Shown: positions 38,049 to 48,239, counted from the first letter of the stretch. The stretch: DNA of 64,000 nucleotides from Oligoflexales bacterium (GCA_965215515.1 OZ244057.1:1376001-1440000), one strand, 5' to 3'. The notes: generated from the letters alone by a model not told the origin. Numbers and translations are program-made.

Positions 38049-38597
38049 TCAAGCCTGTGATCTAGCAAAAATCTGCTGCAAACGCAGCAACACCTCCTCA
38101 TACATCGTGGAGCGCAAAACTTCCAGCTCAGCGGGGCTGAATTCGCCCAGCACCCACTCATGCCCGTCCTTCTGCCGCGCCTGAGGCGGGGGAGCAACCC
38201 CTAACTTGATGCGCTGGAAGCTCTGACTCTGCAAGCAGTCGATGATGCTCTGCACGCCATTGTGTCCTCCGCTACTGCCTGCGGCTCTGCTTTTCACTTT
38301 TCCCGCGGCGATGTCGAGATCATCGTGCACAATCACTACGTCTTCGGGAGGGAGGCGGAAAAACCCCACCGCCGCGGCTACCGCTTGCCCGCTGTGGTTC
38401 ATCCACGTCTGCGGCTTGAGCAAAAGACAGCGTGTGCCGTACAACTCACCCTGTGTCTGCAAGGCTTGCAGTTTTTTCTTCGTCTGCCACGCCCATCCGT
38501 GTGCCGTTGCCAGCAAGTCGAGACAGATAAAACCAGCGTTGTGCCTTGTCAGTGCGTAGCGCGGCGTGGGATTCCCCAGTCCGACCAGCAGCTTCAC
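38049..38597 (-). CDS. pth: Peptidyl-tRNA hydrolase
   Basis: VGLGNP, TRHNAG, KPQTWMNHSG, HDDLD, GGHNG. Confidence 0.97.
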   Translation of the reverse strand: MKLLVGLGNPTPRYALTRHNAGFICLDLLATAHGWAWQTKKKLQALQTQGELYGTRCLLLKPQTWMNHSGQAVAAAVGFFRLPPEDVVIVHDDLDIAAGKVKSRAAGSSGGHNGVQSIIDCLQSQSFQRIKLGVAPPPQARQKDGHEWVLGEFSPAELEVLRSTMYEEVLLRLQQIFARSQA

Positions 38598-38890
38598 TGC
38601 TCATACATAATATCAGCGTGCAGTGGGGTGCGTTTTACCGCATCGATCTGCACCTCGTGCAACAAAGCGTTGTGTGTTGCACCGTCGAGCTGCAAGATGA
38701 AACGTCTGCCGCTTTGCCACACTTTAGCCAGCAGTTTGGGGTCAAGCTCGATCGCCGTGCTCTCACCTCGCTCCAGCACCACCGCGGGTAACTTGTCTGC
38801 TTGCCGCAACTTGCGAGCATAACCCTTGCCTGTTCCTTCTCGCCGCGTCGCGACGATCGTCATAAGCTCTGTTTTTCCGCTCTGTTCCAT
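38594..38890 (-). CDS. rplY: 50S ribosomal protein L25, short form
   Basis: GKGYARKLR, LPAVV, EVQIDAV..PLHAD; lacks the CTC C-terminal domain. Confidence 0.9.
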   Translation of the reverse strand: MEQSGKTELMTIVATRREGTGKGYARKLRQADKLPAVVLERGESTAIELDPKLLAKVWQSGRRFILQLDGATHNALLHEVQIDAVKRTPLHADIMYEQ

Positions 38891-39011
38891 CCCTCTGCCC
38901 TCGTGCAACCTACACCCGCAGCAGGTCATAACCCATGACCACGATAGTTTTCAACGCTTTTCTGCCGCTCTGTGTAGTGTGAGCAAGTGTGAAACCGATA
39001 CGTTTTTTTGT

Positions 39012-40523
39012 CTACTGTTTATCTTCGGAAGGTGGCTCTGTGACCTTGAAAACGTAAACTGCTCGGTCTTCGTAGATAATGTGCAGATTTGGGTCTTTGG
39101 CAATAATTCTACGTAAACCGTGAAATTGGCTCGTGCAAAGCCCGTAGTAAATTTTAAAATGATGGAAAAGAACGTCCGCGGTGCGCTCGGCGGTTCGTCC
39201 GTTAGCAACGCTCATCCAGGTGTGCCAGACTTGCGGTGACCAACTGTACATGAAGAGCGGGTCCATGAAAATCATGTAGCGGTTGTGGTGGTTGAAATAA
39301 AACAGCTCGGGAGAATCATCCCAGTCGCAGGTGAAGACAGTGCTGTCGGGGGGGGTGTTCTGCTGCAAAAATTCTGCGCCTTTCTCGTAACGTGAGGGTT
39401 TTACCCGTGAGAGGTCACGATGCATGTTGCGGTAGGAAAACACCCCGCTGATAGTTGCGGTGGCTGCGATGAGCGCCGTACAGATGGCGGTTTTGAGCTT
39501 TGTACGTGACCACAGGGCACGCCAGCTGAGTTCTGGCCAGCGGTCACGGCAGTAGCAGGCGCAGAAAAGCAGACCGACAGGGTAGGAGTATTCGACAAAG
39601 CGTTTAGAAACCATGGTCATGACGATGAAGGCCGCGGCCATCGCGAGCAGATGCTTGCTCTCGCGACTCGTTCTGCTCGGGTACAGCACCGCCAGATACA
39701 ACGCCCCCATGAACGGCAGAAGCAGGGGGAGATTGTAGGTGAGAAAGTAACGCGTCGGCATCGGCTTGAGTTCTGAACCTTGAAAGAGATTGATGTCCCA
39801 AAACAACTGTTGCCATGCCAGTTCGAAGTTTTGCACGTAAAACACCACCAGATTGTTAGGGAAAAACGGCGAGATCAGTATCGAGACGAGCACCGCGAGC
39901 AACGGCACGACTAACGACCGCCAGCTAACTCTTTCCCGCATCAGTAACTGACCCGCACAAAAAATAATCCCCAACACCAGCGGCATGTGGATGGCCGTGT
40001 AGGATTGGGCATAGAGAAAGCTCAATATCGCCAGCAGTGTATAGCGTTGTCGCACCGTCGCGTGTACCATCCACAGCATGAAGGTCATCGACAACAGATG
40101 CGGACGCGGCAGATGCAAGCGAAACAGAAACACATCCCCCGCCACCAACAGCAAGACGACCCATAGGTAACGCAGAGGGACACGATGCAAGCGCAAGATA
40201 AGGTTGAAGCTGACGATAAAGAGTGCGGCAAACACTACCGCCGCGTGTTTCACACCTGTGACCAGGTCAGGGAAGAAGGTGAACGGAATCAACAGGACGT
40301 GGAAAAGAAATTCCTTGTCGGAAAAATTGTCTGTCCATAAGCTGAACTGTGCCCAGGGGAATTCTTGGAAAATACCCCGCTCACGCAACAACCACGCGTA
40401 CTTGATGTGATAGTAGCCATCGTATCCAGCTATCCACGGGGTGGTAAACTGCTGATACCAGCAAAATAGCCACGCCAGGGAGAAAACCAGCAGTGTTTCC
40501 GCGGCGCAGAACCACTTACTCAC
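39012..40523 (-). CDS. Multi-pass membrane protein, probable GT-C fold glycosyltransferase
   Basis: DGYYHIK after TM1, RPH motif, many TM helices, soluble C-terminal domain (FTCDWD). Confidence 0.7.
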   Translation of the reverse strand: MSKWFCAAETLLVFSLAWLFCWYQQFTTPWIAGYDGYYHIKYAWLLRERGIFQEFPWAQFSLWTDNFSDKEFLFHVLLIPFTFFPDLVTGVKHAAVVFAALFIVSFNLILRLHRVPLRYLWVVLLLVAGDVFLFRLHLPRPHLLSMTFMLWMVHATVRQRYTLLAILSFLYAQSYTAIHMPLVLGIIFCAGQLLMRERVSWRSLVVPLLAVLVSILISPFFPNNLVVFYVQNFELAWQQLFWDINLFQGSELKPMPTRYFLTYNLPLLLPFMGALYLAVLYPSRTSRESKHLLAMAAAFIVMTMVSKRFVEYSYPVGLLFCACYCRDRWPELSWRALWSRTKLKTAICTALIAATATISGVFSYRNMHRDLSRVKPSRYEKGAEFLQQNTPPDSTVFTCDWDDSPELFYFNHHNRYMIFMDPLFMYSWSPQVWHTWMSVANGRTAERTADVLFHHFKIYYGLCTSQFHGLRRIIAKDPNLHIIYEDRAVYVFKVTEPPSEDKQ

Positions 40524-40622
40524 CTCCCGCTCCGCAACGACGTGCGGACAGTTCCCGCTTGTGTCCGCCGCGTGTCTCTGCTACAACCGTCCCTGGTGTA
40601 CGGGGAAAAAGGAGGTGTCAGC

Positions 40623-40790
40623 ATGGCCAAATCAACTCGCCGTGAAGTTGTCAAGCTCGTCTCGACTGCGGGGACTGGGTACTATTATACGGCAAAGGTA
40701 AAGAAAGAAAAAGAAAAACTACTGATCAAGAAGTACGACCCCAAAATCCGTCGGCATGTTGATTTCAGACAAGCCAAGCTCACCAAATAA
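40623..40790 (+). CDS. rpmG: 50S ribosomal protein L33 (no Zn cysteines)
   Basis: KLVSTAGTGYYY, KKYDPKIRRHVDF; RBS ggaggt. Confidence 0.96.
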   Translation: MAKSTRREVVKLVSTAGTGYYYTAKVKKEKEKLLIKKYDPKIRRHVDFRQAKLTK

Positions 40791-40843
40791 AAGCAGGTGG
40801 GATGGCAGGGCTTTTTTGTTGAAACTGTAACGGTGCGTTGTCG

Positions 40844-42100
40844 TCACTCCCCGCCGCGGGGCACGAGCTGGAAGACGCTCACGCCCGTGTTGCTCTCGTT
40901 TTTCTGTAGTTCACGCCGAATGCGTTCCAGAGCGAGTTCGGCGATGTTGCGGTAACCCGCGCGCAGCGCGGCGCTGTCAGGCGGCACGACGACGGGCGAT
41001 TGCACCAACAAAAACTTCCTCCCGCTCTGCAATGCGGCGGCGGCCGTCGAAGCCGCACCTGCGAAAAAATCCAGCACGGTATCGCCTTCCTTCGAACCCA
41101 ACGCGATCAAACGTCGAATCAATCCACTCGGTTTAGGATTTTCAAATACTGCCAGATCACCAAACAGCGTGCTCATCTCCTGCGAGCCTTGACTATTGAG
41201 CGGTGCGTCATGCCACAGAGTTGACCAGCTCACACCACGTTTAAGGTCACACAGAAAACGCTTTAACTGCGGACGACCATGCCCATCCTTGCCGAAATAA
41301 AGCGCGTCGTCTGCCAGCAAACGCGCCACCTTCGCCGCGTTGAAACGCCAGTTGCCTCGCCCCGCAGGGTAGTGTTGCTGTCCCGTATGTGGATTGACGA
41401 TGGCATAATGAAGCGTAGGCACATACCGACCGCCCTTGATGTTAGCCATCAAATTGTCCGCCGCCCAGCGCCCTTTTGGGTGGTTATCGGGGTTACGGTA
41501 ACGCGCTAACTGTGCTGCACTACGCGTCTTGCGGTGCAACTTAACCTGTGTGTGGTCTTTGGCAAAAACGAGAATGTACTCGTGTTGTGTGCCCAGCACG
41601 CGATCATTGGGTGGAGCACTGCGTTTCTTCCAGACGATCTGCGCGACGAAATTATCGCTACCAAAAATCTGCTCACACAACAACTTCAAAGTCGCCTGCT
41701 CATTATCGTCGATGCTGATGAAAATAACCCCGTCAGTCCGCAGCAAAGCACGTGCCAGAGATAGACGCGGATACATCAAGCTCAGCCAGCGAGCATGCCG
41801 CCGCTCACCACCATCGTGCGACTGAGCTTTACGCCGCCGCATACGGTAGTTATCGTGAAAAGTAAACCCCCGCCCCGTGTTGTAGGGCGGATCGATATAA
41901 ACCATCTTTATCTGCCCAGCATGCGTTGCCTGCAACAACTTCAACGCTTCCAGATTTTCCCCCACGATAAACATATTACCGCTACCCTCGCCACCCAGCG
42001 ATACTGTAGGGCAAGGCTGCAACTCGCTACACGGCGGTTGTCGCAGCTCTCGTTGACTGCGCTCCTGACCGCCCCAATACAATCCAAAACCTCCCCTCAT
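40844..42100 (-). CDS. Type III Mod-like (beta-class) adenine DNA methyltransferase
   Basis: GENLEALK, YIDPPYNTG, WLSLMYPRL, ISIDDNE, PKP, VLDFFAG, ERIRR. ORF is open from 42160. Confidence 0.9.
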   Translation of the reverse strand: MRGGFGLYWGGQERSQRELRQPPCSELQPCPTVSLGGEGSGNMFIVGENLEALKLLQATHAGQIKMVYIDPPYNTGRGFTFHDNYRMRRRKAQSHDGGERRHARWLSLMYPRLSLARALLRTDGVIFISIDDNEQATLKLLCEQIFGSDNFVAQIVWKKRSAPPNDRVLGTQHEYILVFAKDHTQVKLHRKTRSAAQLARYRNPDNHPKGRWAADNLMANIKGGRYVPTLHYAIVNPHTGQQHYPAGRGNWRFNAAKVARLLADDALYFGKDGHGRPQLKRFLCDLKRGVSWSTLWHDAPLNSQGSQEMSTLFGDLAVFENPKPSGLIRRLIALGSKEGDTVLDFFAGAASTAAAALQSGRKFLLVQSPVVVPPDSAALRAGYRNIAELALERIRRELQKNESNTGVSVFQLVPRGGE

Positions 42101-42228
42101 CGTTCCGCTCCGCCAGACTTGTTTGCCGCTTGCTAGCTCCCGCTCCGCTTTCTGCCACAACGAAGGCTGGAAGGGAATGCCACATTTTGCTACAAGGGCG
42201 GGGCCGTGGTTGTGTTAGGATAGGGCTG

Positions 42229-42507
42229 ATGTCGCAGGTTGTGGGGGTGAAAGACGAGTTCGAGCCGCAACGACAAGCGACACGTGTGCAGGAACAACGC
42301 ATTCGGGTCGAACGAGTGCATCGCCGTTGGCGCAGGCCCGTGGTGGCACATGTGCTTGCTGTCGAAAAAGGCTTGTTGGCCGCCTTGCTGTTGCTGGTGT
42401 TGCCGTTGTTATTATTGGCACTGGTGCTAGCTACGGTGTTTTTTTTGTTCGTTTGCTGCTGCCGACTTAGCGGCAGTGTGCTGCGCGGCGGGCACGACAG
42501 CCGCTGA
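42229..42507 (+). CDS. Small hypothetical membrane protein
   Basis: Long Leu-rich hydrophobic segment; agga RBS. Confidence 0.5.
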   Translation: MSQVVGVKDEFEPQRQATRVQEQRIRVERVHRRWRRPVVAHVLAVEKGLLAALLLLVLPLLLLALVLATVFFLFVCCCRLSGSVLRGGHDSR

Positions 42508-42600
42508 AACGACTTTACGTGGGCAGACTAGGCTTGTGTGTGACACCAGCGATCTCTTCAAATCCTCTCCACATGCTGACAAACGAGCCGCATGCCTCCC

Positions 42601-43374
42601 TCAATAGCTGTAATGTTTGATTTTTTCGCCTTTTTTGCCGATTTTTTGCATCGCCTCAATGCCGATTTCGAGATGCAGGTTGGTAAACTGCTGCGAGATG
42701 CGACGGTCACTTGCCGAGGTTTTTACTCCTTCGGGGGTGATGGGTCGGTCAGAGATCAACAGCAAGGCACCGCGAGCAATTTCGTTAACTAAACCGACGG
42801 TGAATAGCGTCGCGGTTTCCATGTCGATGGCGATCGCACGCAGCAGTTCGAGACGTTGTTTGAAAACGTTGTCGTGTTCCCATACTCGTCGGTTGGTGGT
42901 ATAAACAACTCCCGTGCGGTACTCCAAGTTGCGCGTGACGAGGATTTCCGAGACAAACTTGTGTAGTTTAAATGACGGCAGCGCGGGCACTTCGGGGGGG
43001 ACGTAATCGTTGGACGTGCCTTCCCCTCGAATAGCGGCGATAGGCAAGATAAAGTGACCGATCTCGGTGGTGCGTTTGATCCCTCCGCATTTTCCTAGAA
43101 ACAGCACGCCTTTGGGCTTGATCGCGGCCAGCAAATCCATCACCGTCGCCGCGTTGGCCGACCCCATGCCGAAGTTGATGATCGTTAAGCCATTGCTGTT
43201 GGTGCAGGTCTGCATGGGTCGATCGCTGCCGTTGATGCCCACCTTGAATTTCCCCGAAAAAATGCGTACATATTCGGAAAAGTTAGTTAGTAACACATAC
43301 TCGCCAAACTCTTCTAGTGCCGTGCCTGTGTAGCGCGGCAACCAATCTCGAATTATCGTCTCTTTAGTCAGCAT
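42601..43374 (-). CDS. amn: AMP nucleosidase (short type)
   Basis: WLPRYTG, LLTNF, NFGMGSANAAT, GKCGG, RGEGTS, TTNRRVWE, DMETAT. Confidence 0.92.
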   Translation of the reverse strand: MLTKETIIRDWLPRYTGTALEEFGEYVLLTNFSEYVRIFSGKFKVGINGSDRPMQTCTNSNGLTIINFGMGSANAATVMDLLAAIKPKGVLFLGKCGGIKRTTEIGHFILPIAAIRGEGTSNDYVPPEVPALPSFKLHKFVSEILVTRNLEYRTGVVYTTNRRVWEHDNVFKQRLELLRAIAIDMETATLFTVGLVNEIARGALLLISDRPITPEGVKTSASDRRISQQFTNLHLEIGIEAMQKIGKKGEKIKHYSY

Positions 43375-43458
43375 AACACCCCCGCAGGGGTATATAACCG
43401 TGCAGAGGAGTTAAGGACAAGCGAGAAACACTCCCGTCTCGCTCTTGCCGCGGCGGAG

Positions 43459-43494
43459 CGATGGGGGTGTTCATTTTTCACGGGGGCATCTACA
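43459..43494. mobile_element. Degenerate copy of IS-end-like repeat
   Basis: gggtgttcatttttcacgggggcatctaca resembles the 44-bp repeat at 51531 and 63717. Confidence 0.65.
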
Positions 43495-43500
43495 CACCCC

Positions 43501-44958
43501 TCACGGCTGAATGCTGTGCAGTACCTTGTCTTTCAGCTGTGGGCAGGAAATGTGACGCGGATGATTGGTGACGTAAAAACGATGTAACTCAATGGTCTGC
43601 TGATGCCGATAGAAACGGGAGTGTTTCTCAATAGGCTCAAGCTGCGGAATTTGACGGCGGTTCTTCTTGATAATCTTCAACGCACTTTCACCGTCAGTAG
43701 GCATACGAATGATGTTGCGCAGATAAGACATGTACTCGAACTCCTCCTGCGTCTCACTAACGACGGCACGCACGCTATCAATCAAATGATGACGATCACT
43801 GTCAGCAGAAGTGACCTCGAAAATTCTCTTCCACAAGTTGCGCTTGTAAAATAAATCGTCGAGTACCACCATCGCTTCGGGGCTGGAAATCTTCTCCAAC
43901 TCCGACAGAATATTATACTCATCAATGCGCAAGAAACGATCGAGATTAGCAGGAAGAACATACCTGATCTTACGTACCAAATTCTGTAACATCGCCTCCG
44001 CTGCGACAGGACTCTTGTGAAAGTAAATCTGGGTGTGCATCAAAATGCGCGCCTGCAAATAATCCTCACAGGCAGCCAGACCAGAAAACTTCAAACACAA
44101 GTGCATCTTGTCATCAGCATCGTCGTGATAGAGCGCAAGCGAATCAAGAATGCGGGCAAAATCGAACACCCCATAGGATACCCCGCACTCCCTCGAATCA
44201 CGCAGCAAGTAATCCATGCGGTCGATATCAAGGTCGGAAGAAAGCAACTCCCGTCCCAACACATTAATCCCATAACGCTCGATTTCCGAGCCAGCATGCG
44301 GAGCGATGTCAGCACAGATAATAGAAGCAACATCTTGTGGATGCACACAAAGCTGCAGATGTTCGTGCTCGGCATAGATTTCTTGCAGAATCTTGTCGGC
44401 CAGAAGTACGGTAAACACCTCGTGATCAGGCATCGTACGCCGCGCTAAACGCAGATGCAAAAACTCCTGCAAATACGGAGGTAGATCAGGGTTGTGAGCA
44501 ATAATGTCCTTAATCTGTGGTAATAGACGCTCGCCGCTATGCGAGAAAGGAGGATGCCCCACATCGTGCAACAATGCCGCTAGACGCAGCGCTTGTGCAA
44601 TATAGGGAGAAGTGAACAACGCATCGAGCACCTCCAACGGCGGTAACAAACGACAGCTGTTGTTTTGTTCCAAAACACGATAATCAGGTAACACCGCAAG
44701 CATCTTCGCCAGCTGTTTCTGATTGTCATACAACTTACGCCACGTGGTGGCAGCAAGGTGCAACACACCTAACGAATGCTCGAAACGTGAGTGCGTCGCC
44801 CCAGGAAAAGCGAGATAAAGAAACGAAGTCTGGCGCACGCGCCGCAAACGCTGTAGAGCGGCATGGGAAATAACGAGGTTCTCCAACAACGACAAAACAA
44901 TCGAGCCGTGCAGATTGTCCCTTATCTCAGCATGCACATCAAGCATCGCACTTCCCAT
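43501..44958 (-). CDS. HD-domain phosphohydrolase (SAMHD1/dNTPase-like)
   Basis: LQRLRRVRQ, PGATHSRFEHSLG, LLHDVGHPPFSH, DIDRMDYLLRDS, IYFHK. Confidence 0.92.
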   Translation of the reverse strand: MGSAMLDVHAEIRDNLHGSIVLSLLENLVISHAALQRLRRVRQTSFLYLAFPGATHSRFEHSLGVLHLAATTWRKLYDNQKQLAKMLAVLPDYRVLEQNNSCRLLPPLEVLDALFTSPYIAQALRLAALLHDVGHPPFSHSGERLLPQIKDIIAHNPDLPPYLQEFLHLRLARRTMPDHEVFTVLLADKILQEIYAEHEHLQLCVHPQDVASIICADIAPHAGSEIERYGINVLGRELLSSDLDIDRMDYLLRDSRECGVSYGVFDFARILDSLALYHDDADDKMHLCLKFSGLAACEDYLQARILMHTQIYFHKSPVAAEAMLQNLVRKIRYVLPANLDRFLRIDEYNILSELEKISSPEAMVVLDDLFYKRNLWKRIFEVTSADSDRHHLIDSVRAVVSETQEEFEYMSYLRNIIRMPTDGESALKIIKKNRRQIPQLEPIEKHSRFYRHQQTIELHRFYVTNHPRHISCPQLKDKVLHSIQP

Positions 44959-44961
44959 AAC

Positions 44962-46032
44962 TCATCGCCAGTAGGCATCCTTGGCCGCCACTACCGAGGG
45001 AAAACCCAGCACCTGCAACTCCGCAATCATCTCCTGCAGTAACTTGGCCACTACACCTGTCCCGTAATAAACAAAAGCGGTGTAAATTTCTACCGCACTC
45101 GCCCCTCGCATGATACGCTGCACAATATCGCTGCCACTCAAAACCCCCCCGCTAGCTATCAACGGCAACTCACCCCGCACCACCTGATAAGCTTGCTCCA
45201 GCTTCGCCACCGCAGGCAAAGCCAAACTGTGCCCACTCTCTCCCCCCTCGTAAGGTCTCACCACACGGCGAGTATCGGTCAACACCAGCCCGCCAAAACC
45301 CCGCTTCGCAGCACGGTCTACCAACGCTTGAAACTCCTGCCGTGCCATATCAGGGTCGAGTTTCAACCACAATTTAGACAACACCGTCTTGTCGGTCTCC
45401 GCAGCGATGGTGTCGAGGAAAACACGGTCAGCAGGAGAACGCCGTCCCACCTGTTGCGATGCGGAAACATTTAAAACGATGAAGTGTGCCAATTCCCTGA
45501 ACGTGGCGATACCTTTCAGATAATCATAGACCGCCCCCACGGCGAGCGTGCGTCGATTGCTGCTGAGGTTAACCGCCAGCGGCACGAAATTGTCCCACCG
45601 CAAAGCTTGCAAACGCGCCGCAATTTTCTCCATCCCGTCGTTGGCACAGGCCGTGCGATCGAGCAAACCCAACTGCTGCGGCAACCGCACAACGCGCGGA
45701 CGACTGCCAGTGCGCTGTGCAAGAGGAGTAACCGAGCCTACTTCCAGAAAGGCAAACCCAAGACGCGGCAAAAATGACAGACAAGCCGCATCGGGATCAA
45801 ACCCCGCCCCTAAACCTATCGGATGTAATAACTCACCTACCCCCCGCAACTCGACCCGCAACGGGAAATGCTGCAATTCTGGCAAGGGATGACGCGGCAC
45901 CCCCCATCCTCGCCGCAATGCCAGCTGCGTCAAGCGTTGTGCCGTCGTCGGCGGCAACAAACGCAACAGACGCGTCTGCCACCGCCCGCGCAGTTTACTT
46001 CTGGGCAATGATGTAGCAGATCCAGGCCTCAC
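44962..46032 (-). CDS. Class 2 dihydroorotate dehydrogenase-like protein with degenerate active site
   Basis: Scaffold motifs PIGLGAGFD, EVGSVTP, LKLDPD, GGESG, IASGGV, GASAVEIYTAFVYYG present; catalytic motifs altered. Start uncertain. Confidence 0.85.
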   Translation of the reverse strand: MRPGSATSLPRSKLRGRWQTRLLRLLPPTTAQRLTQLALRRGWGVPRHPLPELQHFPLRVELRGVGELLHPIGLGAGFDPDAACLSFLPRLGFAFLEVGSVTPLAQRTGSRPRVVRLPQQLGLLDRTACANDGMEKIAARLQALRWDNFVPLAVNLSSNRRTLAVGAVYDYLKGIATFRELAHFIVLNVSASQQVGRRSPADRVFLDTIAAETDKTVLSKLWLKLDPDMARQEFQALVDRAAKRGFGGLVLTDTRRVVRPYEGGESGHSLALPAVAKLEQAYQVVRGELPLIASGGVLSGSDIVQRIMRGASAVEIYTAFVYYGTGVVAKLLQEMIAELQVLGFPSVVAAKDAYWR

Positions 46033-46825
46033 ATTCTTCGCCTCGTGTGACAGGGGTAAAAATCCCGTTGCCCTCGCCCTCTTCGTCTGTGCCTTCCCAG
46101 TAGATCTTGGGGTCGTTGAACCCTACCTCCTGCAACAAATCACGCAACTCGGCTAGTGACCACATACGCCAGTCATAGGTGAAGACTCGCATGCGTTTTG
46201 TCTCCCCCTTGCGTTTAAAATGAATATGGAAAAGTGCATGATTAGTGACAGGGTCGAAACAGTCCTGATCCCAGAAATAACTATAGCCCAGCTCATCATC
46301 CTCCGTTTCCTCTTCGTTGGCCTCATAGCACCTGCTACCGCCGAAACAGTCGAGAAGCAAAATACCCCTGCGTTTCAGTGTTTTCAGACAACGTGTCAGA
46401 TACTTTTTCAGGGTAGCACGCTCCTTGAAATAAAAATAACTGAAGTTGACCGCACAGATGATGTCCGCTGGCGCGGGGGCGCGCAACACGTCCGCCCGAT
46501 AGGTAGTAACACGTGCCCGTTGTGCCGCAGTCATCTGGCCGAGGTAGTGCTGTTTGCCATACGCGAGCGGCTCGGCATCGAGATCGACCCCTACCGCATG
46601 ATAGTCATGCCCCAACTTGACCCACTCACAGCATAGCGAGAACGTGGCACAAAAATCTTCTCGCAGAATTTTGGGATCATGACCGTTGTTCAGCTCACGA
46701 TAACGATCACGAAAAAAACGCACGTCCGTTTCTGGTGACTGTACCGCCAGGCGATAGTAGCGATACTTGTCGAAAGGCTCGCGTTTCGACACTGCAGTGT
46801 ACTCCCGTGTGGACAATACTGTCAT
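45995..46825 (-). CDS. Class I SAM-dependent methyltransferase
   Basis: YRLAVQSP, LREDFCAT, GVDLDAEPL, NFSYF, DCFGG, FTYDWRMWS. Confidence 0.85.
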   Translation of the reverse strand: MTVLSTREYTAVSKREPFDKYRYYRLAVQSPETDVRFFRDRYRELNNGHDPKILREDFCATFSLCCEWVKLGHDYHAVGVDLDAEPLAYGKQHYLGQMTAAQRARVTTYRADVLRAPAPADIICAVNFSYFYFKERATLKKYLTRCLKTLKRRGILLLDCFGGSRCYEANEEETEDDELGYSYFWDQDCFDPVTNHALFHIHFKRKGETKRMRVFTYDWRMWSLAELRDLLQEVGFNDPKIYWEGTDEEGEGNGIFTPVTRGEECEAWICYIIAQK

Positions 46826-47043
46826 TGTGACACAGTGTCGTAATTACTGCAACTTAATCGCCCAAATCGCGCCATCATCTGTTTCTAGCGAACGCACACG
46901 GTACCGCGTCAGGCAACCTTCCCCGCCCCCTAAACTCCGCGCCGCACACGAAAGATGTGTACAAGTAAGCTTGTGTTGCATACTCTACCTTTCGTTAATG
47001 GAGGTGATATGTCGGCAAGGCAGGACAGGGCAAGGCAAGAGAC

Positions 47044-48147
47044 ATGAGTTTGAGTTGCGGCATCGTCGGTCTCCCTAACGTCGGCAAATCCACCCTTTTC
47101 AATGCCTTGACCGCGGCGCAGGTGGAGGCGGCCAACTATCCCTTCTGCACCATTGACCCCAACGTCGGCACGGTGGCCGTGCCCGATGCGCGTCTGCAAG
47201 AAATTGCTACCTACATCGAGACCCGCAAGCTTGTGGCGACGACGGTCGCATTTCACGACATCGCAGGTTTAGTGCGAGGTGCGGCACGGGGGGAGGGGTT
47301 GGGGAACAAGTTTCTCGGCCATATCCGCAACGTCGATGCCATCGTGCACGTGTTGCGCTGTTTCAGTGCCGCAGATGTCGTGCATACCGAGACGAGCATC
47401 GATCCGCAACGAGATCTAGAAACGATCGAAGCGGAGCTGATTATTAGAGACCATGAGACCGTCACCACCGCATTGGCGAGGTATCGTAAACTCGCCAAGA
47501 GCAATAATAAACACGCGGTCGCTGCTCAACAGATACTGACGGAACTCGCACAACACTTGCAAAACCTGCACAGTGCGCGCACCTTCGTCCCCTCCAACCC
47601 CGACCAGGAACTGACCACAATCATGCGTGATCTGCACCTGTTGACCGCCAAGGCGGTGCTGTATGTCTGCAACGTCGATGAGGCAACGCTTACCACCACC
47701 TCCCCGCAAGTGCAACAAGTGCAGGACTACGCAGCCCCCACGCAAGCACAGGTAATCACCCTCTGTGCCCGCGTAGAAGCGGAGCTGGCACAGCTAGAGG
47801 CGGACGAACAGCACGAGTTTCTCGCCGCTCTCGGCCTGCAACGGTCAGGCTTGCAACGCATGATCGCTGCAGCCTACCGCCTGCTCGGACTACAGACCTA
47901 TTTCACCGCGGGGGCGAAGGAAATCAAAGCCTGGACAATCAAGGCAGGGACACATGCCCCCGCCGCAGCAGGCAAAATTCACTCGGACTTTGCCCGCGGT
48001 TTTATCTGTGCCGAGGTCTTCACCCTACCCGACCTACGTCGAGCAGGCAGCAAAAACAAACTCAAAGAGATGGGGCTAACACGCACCGAAGGCAAGGACT
48101 ATATCGTGCAAGATGGCGATATTATCGAATTTCGTTTTAACGTCTAA
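47044..48147 (+). CDS. ychF: Redox-regulated ATPase YchF
   Basis: GLPNVGKST, ANYPFCTIDPN, DIAGLV, GEGLGN, EGKDYIVQDGD, FRFNV. Confidence 0.98.
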   Translation: MSLSCGIVGLPNVGKSTLFNALTAAQVEAANYPFCTIDPNVGTVAVPDARLQEIATYIETRKLVATTVAFHDIAGLVRGAARGEGLGNKFLGHIRNVDAIVHVLRCFSAADVVHTETSIDPQRDLETIEAELIIRDHETVTTALARYRKLAKSNNKHAVAAQQILTELAQHLQNLHSARTFVPSNPDQELTTIMRDLHLLTAKAVLYVCNVDEATLTTTSPQVQQVQDYAAPTQAQVITLCARVEAELAQLEADEQHEFLAALGLQRSGLQRMIAAAYRLLGLQTYFTAGAKEIKAWTIKAGTHAPAAAGKIHSDFARGFICAEVFTLPDLRRAGSKNKLKEMGLTRTEGKDYIVQDGDIIEFRFNV

Positions 48148-48239
48148 AAGGGATGTGCTTCCTGTGTTTTGAACAGGTAAGTTGTAGATCGCTTGAGGCT
48201 GGCTAGGGCAGTCCTTGCGGAAGTTTTCCGAGTACGAAT

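Noticed and set aside
38024..38197. N-terminal extension of rpsF
   Set aside because: It overlaps pth; the RBS and S6 homology point to ATG 38023.
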